Positions 55,717-64,000 of a stretch of DNA of 64,000 nt are shown here, piece by piece; position 1 is the stretch's first letter, and the number at the start of each line of letters is the position of its first letter. The DNA comes from Planctomycetota bacterium (GTDB lineage: Bacteria > Planctomycetota > UBA1135 > UBA2386): assembly GCA_046306335.1 (NCBI GenBank), contig JBKDXM010000051.1:21-64020 (forward strand). The letters run 5' to 3'. The notes under the pieces are model-generated. The model was given only the letters and a program-made list of their open reading frames with translations. It was not told the DNA's origin and made no database searches. The translations under genes were made by a program, and so were the position numbers.

Positions 55717-56510
55717 GCCAGCGGCCGCTCCGCCGCGGCAACTGGTCGGTGCAGGAGCTGGCGCGCCTGCGCCAGTTGCTCCCGTGGCGGGGCGTGGCGG
55801 CGACGGCGCTGCTGCTGCGGCGATCGCCGGAGAGCGTCGAGCGCAAGGCGGTCGAACTGCTGCGGGCGCCCGCCCGCCGCGGCGCATTCCAAGCGGCGGA
55901 GGACCAGTTGCTGCGCGATGCGTGGGGCGCCGTCGACCATCGCCTGCTCGGCGTCATGCTGGGGCGCACGCCGGCAGAGGTGCGGGCGCGCGGGTTCGAG
56001 TTGCGCGCGCACCCGGTGGCGGGCCCGTGGTCGTCGAAGGAGCGCCTGCGGCTCAAGCGTTTGTTCGGCACCCGCAGCGATCTCGACCTGGAGGTCTGCA
56101 TGCAGCGCCGCGTCGCCGACGTCCAGGCGATGGCCAGGTCGCTGTGCCTCGCCAAGGACAAGCGCCATGCGGCGGCAGCGCGCCGCCCCGGACCCGCCGC
56201 GCTGCCCGGCGAGGCGCGGACGCGGATGCCGCGCTGGTCCGCGGCCGAGGTGGCGCGGCTGCGCGAGGTCTACCCGACCCACGACAACCTGGCGGTGGCG
56301 CAGGCGCTGGGCCGCACCGTGACCGGCGTCGCCAACAAGGCGAACCAGCTCGGCCTGCACAAGAACGCGGACGTGCTGGCGGCGATCGGTCGGGCCAACG
56401 TGGCGCGGCGCGGCCGCCGTTCGAGGCGCGGCGTCGTGCTCGGCGTGACGCCGGCGGCAACGACTGCTCCGCGCCAGGCTGAAGCCGCCGCCGCCGCCGA
56501 CGGCGGCTGA
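55713..56510 (+). CDS. Protein built of four Myb/SANT-like helix-turn-helix repeats
   Basis: ATG 55713 overlaps the ptsI stop (ATGA). The four repeats are GNWSVQELARLRQL..., GAFQAAEDQLLRDAW..., GPWSSKERLRLKRLF... and PRWSAAEVARLREVY...LAVAQALGRTVTGVANKANQLGL. Confidence 0.55.
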   Translation: MSQRPLRRGNWSVQELARLRQLLPWRGVAATALLLRRSPESVERKAVELLRAPARRGAFQAAEDQLLRDAWGAVDHRLLGVMLGRTPAEVRARGFELRAHPVAGPWSSKERLRLKRLFGTRSDLDLEVCMQRRVADVQAMARSLCLAKDKRHAAAARRPGPAALPGEARTRMPRWSAAEVARLREVYPTHDNLAVAQALGRTVTGVANKANQLGLHKNADVLAAIGRANVARRGRRSRRGVVLGVTPAATTAPRQAEAAAAADGG

Positions 56511-56639
56511 ACGCGGGCGGCTGCGGCCGCCCTTGCCGGCGATTCCGCGGGCTCGACTCAACTCGCAGGCGACCGGCGGACGATGCTCGTCCCACAAGCC
56601 CGCGCGGAACCGGCGCGGGCACGCTTACCGAGGCAAACC

Positions 56640-57029
56640 ATGGAAATCGTGGGCAAGAAGAGCCAGGGCCTTTCGGTCACGGCGCTCAAGGACGACAAGA
56701 CCGTCATCATCACGTTCAACGACCGCAGCTTGAACTTCTACGTGACGGACTCGCTGAAGGAGTCCTTGAAGGAGACGATCAACGGCAAGATCGAGGAGGG
56801 CTATCAGCACTTCGTGCTCAACCTCGACAACGTCAAGATCATCGACTCGTGCGGCGTCGGGCTCGTGATCGTCGCCAACAACGTCACGTCGTCGCGCAAC
56901 TGCAAGCTCTACCTGAGCAACATCAAGCCGTTCATCGTCAAGATCTTCGAGATCATGCGGATCTCGAAGCACCTGTCGATCTTCGAGCGCGAGGACGACG
57001 CGCTGCAGGCCATCAAGGCCGCGAAGTGA
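56640..57029 (+). CDS. STAS-domain protein (anti-sigma-factor antagonist, SpoIIAA/RsbV-like)
   Basis: ATG 56640. FVLNLDNVKIIDSCGVGLVIVA core motif; 129 aa. Confidence 0.8.
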   Translation: MEIVGKKSQGLSVTALKDDKTVIITFNDRSLNFYVTDSLKESLKETINGKIEEGYQHFVLNLDNVKIIDSCGVGLVIVANNVTSSRNCKLYLSNIKPFIVKIFEIMRISKHLSIFEREDDALQAIKAAK

Positions 57030-57200
57030 CCCGCAGGCGGGGCCGATGCCCGACCTCGCCATGATTCACGACGCCCCGCTGGCGGCGCCGCGACGCGATC
57101 GGCGCGCAGCCGCGCGTCGGCCAGCGCACGCAGGCGCGACGGTTCCACGCGCCCGCCTGACCGCCGACTCGCCGGTCGGCGCGCCCCCGGGGGCGGTCCG

Positions 57201-58289
57201 ATGACCGCGATCGCAGGGCTGCTGGACGGGGTCGTGTTCACGGACTCCGGCGGCAACGTGTCGCTGATGAACTCCGTCGCGGAGGATCTCGTCGGCGCGC
57301 GCTCGCTGGTCGCCCTCGGCAAGCCGCTGCGCGACGTGGCCGGCAGGCCGGAGCTGGTGCGGGCGCTGGCCGGCGACCTGCTGCAGTTGGCGACGGAGCG
57401 CGAAGCGGTCCGCACGGTCGAGGTGCACCACGACCTGCGGGACCTCATCTACGTGCGCTGCACGACGAGCCGCGTCAACGACCACCGCGGCGAGGCCGCC
57501 GGCGCACTGACGGTGCTCCGCGACGTCACCGACGAGTTCAAGGCCGACCAGCTGCGCAACCAGTACCTCTCGATCGTCGCGCACGAGCTGCGCACGCCGC
57601 TGACCGGCATCAAGACCTTCGCGACGATGATGGCGAAGGGCGCCCTGGGCGCGCTCGGCGACCGCCAGCAGCGCGCCTGCGACTCGATCCGCGAGCAGGC
57701 GCTGCGTCTGGAGCAGCAGATCGACAAGCTGATCAACCTCGGCACGCTCGACGTCGCCGCCTACGGCCAGCAGAAGGAGGACTTCCCCGCGGCGCAGCTC
57801 GCCGCCGGGCTGCTGGCGCCATTCGAGCAGCCGGCGCGGGAGCGGGGCATCGCCATGTCGCTCGCCGTCGACGGCGGCGACGCGATGCTGCACGCCGACC
57901 GCGAGGACCTCCGCCGGGCCTGCCAGGCGTTGATCGAGAACGCCATCAAGTTCGGGCGCGACGGCGGCTCGGTCGCCGTCCGCATCGAGCGTTGCGATGG
58001 CGGCCTGCGATTCCGGGTCGACGACGACGGCATCGGGATCGACCCCAGGTACCACCGCCGCATCTTCGAGAAGTTCTTCCAGGTCGAGGATCCGCTGACG
58101 CGCCACCACGGCGGCGCCGGACTGGGTCTGTTCGTCGCCAAGGGCATCGTCGAGGCCCACGGCAGCCGCATCGAAGTGGCCAGCAGGCTGGGGGAGGGTG
58201 CAAGTTTCGTCTTCCAACTGCCGATGCAGGCCACGAAGCCGCCGGAGTCGGACGACCTCGCCGTGCTGCCTACCGGAGACAAGCCATGA
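57201..58289 (+). CDS. Cytoplasmic PAS-domain sensor histidine kinase
   Basis: PAS part: GVVFTDSGGNVSLMNSVAEDLVG...VLRDVTDE. H-box: SIVAHELRTPLT. N-box: IENAIKF. G-boxes: DDGIGI and GAGLGLFVAKGIV. Confidence 0.85.
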   Translation: MTAIAGLLDGVVFTDSGGNVSLMNSVAEDLVGARSLVALGKPLRDVAGRPELVRALAGDLLQLATEREAVRTVEVHHDLRDLIYVRCTTSRVNDHRGEAAGALTVLRDVTDEFKADQLRNQYLSIVAHELRTPLTGIKTFATMMAKGALGALGDRQQRACDSIREQALRLEQQIDKLINLGTLDVAAYGQQKEDFPAAQLAAGLLAPFEQPARERGIAMSLAVDGGDAMLHADREDLRRACQALIENAIKFGRDGGSVAVRIERCDGGLRFRVDDDGIGIDPRYHRRIFEKFFQVEDPLTRHHGGAGLGLFVAKGIVEAHGSRIEVASRLGEGASFVFQLPMQATKPPESDDLAVLPTGDKP

Positions 58290-58663
58290 CGCGTACCGTC
58301 CTGATCATCGAAGACGAGAAGCTGATCGTCGTGTCCACGCAGATGGTGCTCGAAGCCGCGGGGTTCCGCGTCGAGTCGGCCAACAACGGCGAAGACGGGC
58401 TGAACAAGGCCCGTGACGTGACTCCCGACCTCATCCTGCTCGACATCATGATGCCGGGCATCGACGGCTGGGAGACGCTGACCCGCCTGAAGAGGGATCC
58501 GGCCACTTCGCGCATCCCGGTGATCGTGTTCACCGCGCGCGAGCACTCGCGGGGTCACCAGCGCAGCGCCGAGCTCGGCGCGGTCGACTACTTCCGCAAG
58601 CCGTTCGAGCCCGACGAACTGATCGAGCTGGTCGGCAAGTACGCCGGCGAGCCGTCGTCCTGA
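58286..58663 (+). CDS. Single-domain response regulator (CheY-like receiver)
   Basis: ATG 58286 overlaps the kinase stop (ATGA). Motifs LIIEDE, DLILLDIMMPGIDG, PVIVFTA and KPF. Confidence 0.9.
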   Translation: MTRTVLIIEDEKLIVVSTQMVLEAAGFRVESANNGEDGLNKARDVTPDLILLDIMMPGIDGWETLTRLKRDPATSRIPVIVFTAREHSRGHQRSAELGAVDYFRKPFEPDELIELVGKYAGEPSS

Positions 58664-58703
58664 GCCGCGCCGGCGGCGCAGCCGCCGCGGCGCCGACGCC
58701 GCT

Positions 58704-59954
58704 TCACTCGTGGCGCAGCGCCTCGACGGGGTCCATGTTGGCCGCGCGCCACGCCGGGTAGAGCCCGAACACGACGCCGACCAGCGCCGAGATGCCGAAG
58801 GCCATCAGCACGTGCTGGGTCTTCACCTCCGTCGGCTGCTCGAAGTACTTCTCGATGCCGAGCGGCACCAGCAGGCCGAGGCCCACGCCGACGAGGCCGC
58901 CGAGCGTCGCCATGACGCCTGCCTCGACGAGGAACTGCTGCACGATGTGCTTCTTCTTGGCGCCGAGCGCGCGCCGGATGCCGATCTCGCGCGTGCGCTC
59001 GGTCACCGTCGCCAGCATGACGTTCATGATGCCGATGCCGCCGACCAGCAGGCTGATGGAGGCGATGACGGCGAGCACGAGGCTGAACATGCGCTCGGCG
59101 CGCTCCTCCTTGCGGAGCAGCTCCAGCGGCACCGTGATCTCGTAGTCCTTCTTGCTGCCGTGCGCCGGCTTCAGCATCAGGTCGACGACCCCGGCCGCCG
59201 ACTCGACCCACTCGGGGCCGGGCATCTTCACCTTGATCTCGTGCAGTTCGATGTTCTCCCAGCGGTTGGTCGACGGGTTGCGGATCGTGTCGCCGAAGCG
59301 CCGGCGGCTGCTCGTCAGCGGGATGAAGGCGCACTCGTCGAGCGTCGTGCCGTTGGGGGAGGCGGCGCGGCCCTGGTACGCCAGCACGCCGACGACCTCG
59401 AAGCGGTCCTCGACGCCGATCAGTACCGTCTGGCCGATCGGATCCTCCAGCGGGAACAGCTGGCGCGCGAGGCTCTCGCCGAGCACGACGCAGTTGGTCT
59501 GCCTCTGCATGTCGAGGTCGGTGATCCACCGGCCCTCGCGCACCTGCATGTTGGTGACCTCGAGGAACGGCGGCTCGGTGCCGACGATCATCGTGCTCGC
59601 CCAGTGTTCGCCGTGCACGACGCCGCGCTGGAACTCGCGCGAACGCACGACGACGCCCTGCGGCAACAGGTTCTGCACCCGGTCGGCCTCCTGGTACAGC
59701 AGGCCGTAGCCGAGCACGCTCCACATGCTCGACGCGTTGGTCGACTGCTGCGTCTCCTCGGGCTTCTTGCTACGGACCAGGACGTTGGTGACGCCCATGT
59801 CGCGGTACTGCTGCAGCGTCTCCTTCGACGCGCCCTCGCCGACGGCGAGCATCGCGATGACCGAGGCGACGCCGAACAGGATGCCGGCGGTGGTCAGCGA
59901 GCTGCGGAGCTTGTGCAGCAGCAGGCTCTTCAGGCCGAGCCGAACGATGCGCAT
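58704..59954 (-). CDS. ABC transporter permease (MacB/FtsX family)
   Basis: MRIVRLGLKSLLLHKLRSSLTTAGILFGVASVIAM is the MacB_PCD N-terminus. C-terminal FtsX: IGIMNVMLATVTERTREIGIRRALGA. Alternative start GTG 59969 overlaps the ATPase stop. Confidence 0.85.
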   Translation of the reverse strand: MRIVRLGLKSLLLHKLRSSLTTAGILFGVASVIAMLAVGEGASKETLQQYRDMGVTNVLVRSKKPEETQQSTNASSMWSVLGYGLLYQEADRVQNLLPQGVVVRSREFQRGVVHGEHWASTMIVGTEPPFLEVTNMQVREGRWITDLDMQRQTNCVVLGESLARQLFPLEDPIGQTVLIGVEDRFEVVGVLAYQGRAASPNGTTLDECAFIPLTSSRRRFGDTIRNPSTNRWENIELHEIKVKMPGPEWVESAAGVVDLMLKPAHGSKKDYEITVPLELLRKEERAERMFSLVLAVIASISLLVGGIGIMNVMLATVTERTREIGIRRALGAKKKHIVQQFLVEAGVMATLGGLVGVGLGLLVPLGIEKYFEQPTEVKTQHVLMAFGISALVGVVFGLYPAWRAANMDPVEALRHE

Positions 59955-59965
59955 CGTGTCGCCGA

Positions 59966-60700
59966 TCACGGCTGGCCTCCGGTCGCCGCGGCGGCGCGGT
60001 TGTCGACCATCTTCTCGACCTGCCCGTCCTTCAGCCACAACGTGAAGTCGGCGCGTTCGGCGACCTTCGGGTTGTGCGTGACGATCACGATGGTGACGCC
60101 GTCCTTGCGCAGGTCGTCGAACAGGTCGAGGATCTCGCGCTCGGTGTTGCTGTCGAGGTTGCCCGTCGCCTCGTCGGCGAGCAGGAACAGCGGGTCGTTC
60201 ATCAGGGCGCGCGCGATGGCGACGCGCTGCTGCTGGCCGCCGGACAGCTCCATCGGCTTGTGCTCGAGGCGCTTGCCCAGGCCGACGCGGTCGGCGAGGT
60301 ACTGGGCCTTCTTGCGCGACTCGGGGCCGACACGGCCCTGGTAGAACAGCGGCACCTCCAGGTTCTCCAGCACCGTCAGCTGCGGGATCAGGTTGAACGA
60401 CTGGAAGATGAAGCCGATCTCGCGGCCGCGCACGTCGGACAGCGCGTCGTCGTCGAGCTTGCTGACGTCGCGGCCGCCGACGCGGTACTCGCCGGTGGTG
60501 GGGCGGTCGAGGCCGCCGAGGATGTTGAGCATCGTGCTCTTGCCCGAGCCCGAGCGGCCCATGATGGCGAGGTAGTCGCCCTTGCGGACCTGCATCGAGA
60601 CGCCGTTGAGTGCGCGCACGACGTTCTGCTTGCCCATCACGTAGTGGCGATGGACGTCGACGAACTCGGCGATGATCGGACGCTCGTTCGGGTCGGTCAC
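59966..60700 (-). CDS. ABC transporter ATP-binding protein (MacB/LolD-type)
   Basis: Walker A GRSGSGKST, Q-loop FQSFNL, signature LSGGQQQR, Walker B LLADEATGNLD and H-loop VTHN are all intact. Confidence 0.9.
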   Translation of the reverse strand: MTDPNERPIIAEFVDVHRHYVMGKQNVVRALNGVSMQVRKGDYLAIMGRSGSGKSTMLNILGGLDRPTTGEYRVGGRDVSKLDDDALSDVRGREIGFIFQSFNLIPQLTVLENLEVPLFYQGRVGPESRKKAQYLADRVGLGKRLEHKPMELSGGQQQRVAIARALMNDPLFLLADEATGNLDSNTEREILDLFDDLRKDGVTIVIVTHNPKVAERADFTLWLKDGQVEKMVDNRAAAATGGQP

Positions 60701-60710
60701 GCGTTGGCCC

Positions 60711-62864
60711 TCAGTTGCCGCCGTCCGGCCTGCCGCCGCCGGGGCCGCCGCCCGCGCCGCCGCGCCCGCCGCCCATGATCCTGCCCATCGCCGCGGTGAT
60801 CTTGTCCTGCTGTGCTTGCGCCGCGGCGAGGTCGTTGGCGTCGAGCGCCTTGCGCAGTGCCGCGATCGCGGACTCCAGCTCCTTGACCTTGGCCTCCTCC
60901 ATGCGGTCGCGGAAGCGGTCGATCATCGCCGGCATGGTGTCGAGCCGGTCCTTGGCCTGCTGCAACTCCTCGGGGGTCATGTCGGCGAACTTCTTGCGCG
61001 CGCCCATGCCGCCGCCGCGGTTGCCGCGCTGGCGCTCGCCGCCGGCGGCGGCGTTCGCCGGGTCGCCGGCTCCGGCGGTTACGGCGGCGCCGGCCGGCTT
61101 GACGCCTTCCTTCTCCTTCAGCGGCGCTGCCTGCGGCGCCACCGGCTGCTCGAACTTCGGCGTCGGCACGCCCGTCGGCGGCTTCAGCCGCAGCACGTCG
61201 CCGGGGGCGACTCCCGCGAGGATCTCGACGCGTTCGCTGTTCTGGCGGCCGCACTGCACCGGCGTCGCCGTGGCCCCGTCCGGGCCCGTCTTCCAGACGT
61301 AGTTGACGGCGCGGTCGCGGTAGACGGCCTGCAGCGGCACGGGCAGCGTGTCCTTCACCACCTCGACCATGATGGTCACGTTCGCGGCCATGCGCGAACG
61401 CAGGCGGCCGTCGGGGTTGTCCGAGTCGAGGTCGACGATCGTGGTGTAGACCTTGCGGTCGCTGGTCATCCAGCCGCTGTTGCTGTCGGCGACCGGCGCG
61501 ACGGTGGTGACGCGGCCGGCGAACTGTTCGCCCTGAAAGGCCTCGACGGTGACCACCGCCGACTGGCCGCGCACCACCTTGTCGACCTGCGCCTCCTGCA
61601 CCTTGATGAGGCAGCGCATCTTGGTCGTGTCCGGCAGGATGATCAGCTCCTGGCGCTCGCGCACCTGCACGCCCTCGCGCACGGCCTCGCCGCCGCCGCG
61701 GTTGCGGTCGATGCGCGCGTACACCACCGTTCCCGGCGTCGGCGCGTAGACGACCGCGCTCTTGATCTGGCGGTCGAGCACGTCGAGGCGTTCCTTCGCC
61801 AGCTCGAACTCCAGCCGCTTGGACTCCAGGTCGCTGGTCGACTTGATCTCGGCGGCGGCGTTGGAGCCCTTGACGCGCTCGAGCTCCAGTGCTGCGTTGT
61901 CGCGGTCCTGGGTCAGCTTGATGCGGTCCTTGGCGAGCGTGTAGTTGACCAGCAGGTCGAGGTCGTTCCACGCCAGCGACACCTTGCTCATCTGCGACTG
62001 GTACGACAGCTGGTCGGAGTCGAGCTGCGTGCGGGTGATGAACTGCCGGGCGGCGAGGCGGCGGCTGTAGCCGTAGGTGTCCTCCTTGACCTTCAGTTCG
62101 GACATCGCGACGCGGATCGCGTCGGTCTGGGCCAGGATCTTGTTGCCGATCTCGCCCATGTCGCGCGTGGCCGCGGCCGCGCGGTCGCCGTCGACGGCCA
62201 GCAGGTCGTAGACCTTGTCGACGAGGCCGACGTACTTGCGCGGATCGACCTGCGTCGCCGCGATCTGCGGCGGGATCGGCGGGATGTCGGCGCCGTTCGC
62301 GGTCGTCGTCGACGCCGCGTCGGCGGGCTCGGCCGGCGGCGGGTTCACCAGCGACAGCAGGCGGGCGATCATGTCGCCGTTCTTGCCCTCGCCGCCGTCC
62401 GACCTGCGGCCGAGCAGCTTCTCCAGGTCCAGCTCGGCGATGCGCAGGTTGGAAGCCGCCGTGTTGAGGTTGGTCGTCAGCTGCTTCTGCAGGATCTCCT
62501 GCTCCTTGCGCGCCTGCACCAGGGCCGCTTCCGCCTTGCCCACGGCGATGCCCTGGTTGGCGCGCTTCTCCACCAGCTCGCTGACGTCGAGTTCGACCAG
62601 CTTGTCGCCCTGCTTCACCTGCGTGCCCTCGGGCACGATGAAGATGATGGTGGACTGGCCTTCGACCTCCGAGCGGACGATCGTCTCGCGCAGCGCCTGC
62701 AGCTCGGCGTTCTCGCGCACGGTGATCGGCAGGTCGTCCTTCTTCACCGTGAACAGGTCGGGGTCCTGCGTCGGGGCGCCCGCGGCGTTGCCGCCGCACG
62801 CGGCGAGCAGGGCGGCGAGGGCGAGCAGGCGGAGTCGGGCTTGGGCGGCGTTCATCGAAGTCAT
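60711..62864 (-). CDS. Efflux periplasmic adaptor lipoprotein (MacA/HlyD family) with a C-terminal extension of about 150 aa
   Basis: Lipobox LLAACGG; lipoyl-like EGTQVKQGDKLVELD; long coiled coils; APTPGTVVY; beta-barrel and MP domains. The tail is Gly/Arg-rich. Confidence 0.8.
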   Translation of the reverse strand: MTSMNAAQARLRLLALAALLAACGGNAAGAPTQDPDLFTVKKDDLPITVRENAELQALRETIVRSEVEGQSTIIFIVPEGTQVKQGDKLVELDVSELVEKRANQGIAVGKAEAALVQARKEQEILQKQLTTNLNTAASNLRIAELDLEKLLGRRSDGGEGKNGDMIARLLSLVNPPPAEPADAASTTTANGADIPPIPPQIAATQVDPRKYVGLVDKVYDLLAVDGDRAAAATRDMGEIGNKILAQTDAIRVAMSELKVKEDTYGYSRRLAARQFITRTQLDSDQLSYQSQMSKVSLAWNDLDLLVNYTLAKDRIKLTQDRDNAALELERVKGSNAAAEIKSTSDLESKRLEFELAKERLDVLDRQIKSAVVYAPTPGTVVYARIDRNRGGGEAVREGVQVRERQELIILPDTTKMRCLIKVQEAQVDKVVRGQSAVVTVEAFQGEQFAGRVTTVAPVADSNSGWMTSDRKVYTTIVDLDSDNPDGRLRSRMAANVTIMVEVVKDTLPVPLQAVYRDRAVNYVWKTGPDGATATPVQCGRQNSERVEILAGVAPGDVLRLKPPTGVPTPKFEQPVAPQAAPLKEKEGVKPAGAAVTAGAGDPANAAAGGERQRGNRGGGMGARKKFADMTPEELQQAKDRLDTMPAMIDRFRDRMEEAKVKELESAIAALRKALDANDLAAAQAQQDKITAAMGRIMGGGRGGAGGGPGGGRPDGGN

Positions 62865-64000
62865 TCGGCGGTCTTCGCCTGCGGCATCGGCAGGCTGGTG
62901 TCGAAGCGGAAACCCTGCGGCTCGAGGCGGATCGCCTCGAGGTCGTTCATCAGCTGCAGACGGGCGATCGAGAAGTCGACGATCGCGGCGTTGCGGGCGA
63001 GCTGGGCGTTGAGCAGCGAGCGCTGCGCGTCGAGCTTCTCCAGCACCTGGATGCGCCCGGCGTCGTAGAGGTCGGTCGTCGCCTGCACGCGGCTGTCGGC
63101 CACGTCGACGGCGGTCGTCTGGATGCGGAAGGTCTGCAGCGCCGCCTGGATGTTGCGCAGCGAGTTGCGGACGTTGAAGGTCAGCTGGTCCTCGCTCTGC
63201 TCACGGGCGCGGATCGCCTGGTCGAAGGTGATCAACGCCGCGCGGTAGACGTTGCGCGAGGGCACGCGGTTGAGCGCGAGGTCGAGGTCGAAGCCGGCGC
63301 GCCAGTTGATCCTCGACCAGTCGAGGTCGAGGCCCTTGCCCGACTCGGACGGCACCTGCACGTTGGTCGTCAGGTCGAGCTGCAGGTTGAGCGCGTCCTC
63401 GGCGACGAACACCCGGCGGCCGGCGTCGGCGACCTCGTCGATCGTCGTCAGGTGGTCGTAGCGGCGCGTCAGCGACAGATCGATGGCGCGCTCCTCGGGC
63501 AGGTCGATCGGGCTGACGCCCTGCTCGACCAGCGCGTCGAGCTCGCCGACGTCGAGCTGCAGTTGCGCCGCGGTGGGCAGGCCGAGCGACAGCTTGAAGC
63601 GGTCGAGCGCGGCCTGCAGGCGGATGCCGGCGTTGACACGCTGCGCGTCGGCGGTCAGCACGTCCTGCTGCGAGCGGCCGAGGTCGGTCACCGTGCGGCG
63701 GCCGGCGTCGAACAGCGCCTGTACCTGCGTGCGCAGGTCGCGCAGGCGCACGTAGTTGGCCTCGACGTTGACGAGGTCGCGCATCTGGCGCGTGATGTTC
63801 CAGTAGTCGCTGGCCAGCTGGACGACGAACTGCGCGCGGAAGCGCTCGTAGTCGCGCAGCGCGTAGATCACGTTGCGCTCGGCCTGCGTCAGCGGCTCGC
63901 GCGCGACGCGGCGGCCGGCGGTGCGCAGCAGCGGCTGCGTGATCGTCAGGTCGAGGATCGAGCCGCCGTCGAAGCTGCCGCCGGAGAGCACCGAGCGCAG
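62861..64000 (-). CDS. TolC-family outer-membrane efflux protein (5' end outside the window)
   Basis: The frame is open to the window edge. OEP-type repeats are present (AERNVIYALRDYERFR..., LYDAGRIQVLEKLDAQRSLLNAQ...). The stop overlaps the adaptor start by 4 nt. Confidence 0.75.
   Translation of the reverse strand: MRSVLSGGSFDGGSILDLTITQPLLRTAGRRVAREPLTQAERNVIYALRDYERFRAQFVVQLASDYWNITRQMRDLVNVEANYVRLRDLRTQVQALFDAGRRTVTDLGRSQQDVLTADAQRVNAGIRLQAALDRFKLSLGLPTAAQLQLDVGELDALVEQGVSPIDLPEERAIDLSLTRRYDHLTTIDEVADAGRRVFVAEDALNLQLDLTTNVQVPSESGKGLDLDWSRINWRAGFDLDLALNRVPSRNVYRAALITFDQAIRAREQSEDQLTFNVRNSLRNIQAALQTFRIQTTAVDVADSRVQATTDLYDAGRIQVLEKLDAQRSLLNAQLARNAAIVDFSIARLQLMNDLEAIRLEPQGFRFDTSLPMPQAKTAE

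Noticed and set aside
56640-57029. The visibly lower GC of the STAS gene as a sign of horizontal transfer.
   Set aside because: Third codon positions are still mostly G/C. The lower GC comes from Lys/Ile/Asn/Phe-rich amino-acid content at positions 1 and 2, so codon usage looks native.
57046-57160. A small ORF (MPDLAMIHDAPLAAP...) between the STAS gene and the PAS kinase.
   Set aside because: It is Arg/Ala/Pro-rich, has no SD and no motif, and is indistinguishable from GC-driven noise.
58704-64000. The MacB permease / ATPase / adaptor / TolC operon as a novel system.
   Set aside because: It is a canonical tripartite ABC efflux arrangement with intact motifs and 4-nt coupled junctions. Only the adaptor tail is unusual, and that is reported separately.

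Overview
Very GC-rich window (third codon positions are almost all G/C), so the six-frame track is full of long Arg/Ala/Pro/Gly-rich ORFs that are compositional artefacts. I accepted only ORFs with recognisable motifs, normal amino-acid composition or clean operon geometry (ATGA/GTGA start-stop overlaps). All product calls come from motif recognition by eye; no similarity search was possible. The result is about 57 CDS and 2 tRNAs from a diderm bacterium (LptF/G, TolC-like and Kdo/WaaP-kinase-like genes). Prepilin-type proteins and a Ser/Thr-kinase-FGE fusion give it a Planctomycetota-like flavour.

Most of the content is housekeeping:
- DNA and protein maintenance: mutS, xseA/xseB, lipB, trxA, apbC/mrp, a NifS-like desulfurase, an aminotransferase, an amino-acid decarboxylase and SppA.
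- A beta-oxidation block: thiolase, hbd and acyl-CoA dehydrogenases.
- Regulation: a sigma-70 factor and ptsI.
- Transport and signalling: two efflux/secretion operons, and two sensor-kinase modules plus a Ser/Thr kinase.

I found no CRISPR array, integrase, transposase or obvious defence island.

Observations most worth a second look:
1. An HMA-domain lipoprotein gene has an in-frame TGA exactly at the first Cys of its CxxC metal site, followed by a SECIS-like hairpin. It is a candidate selenoprotein.
2. Two further genes, the Ser/Thr kinase and a TolC/NodT-like lipoprotein, have canonical starts cut off from the main ORF by in-frame TAG codons.
3. A type-I-secretion-like operon has an ABC component in which every catalytic ATPase motif is degenerate.
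4. A bacterial protein made of four Myb/SANT-like repeats is translationally coupled to ptsI and sits next to a STAS/PAS-kinase/receiver module.
5. XseA carries an N-terminal HARP-like extension.
6. A 408-bp convergent intergenic region is packed with hairpins and a CT-rich inverted repeat.

None of these can be proven from sequence alone.
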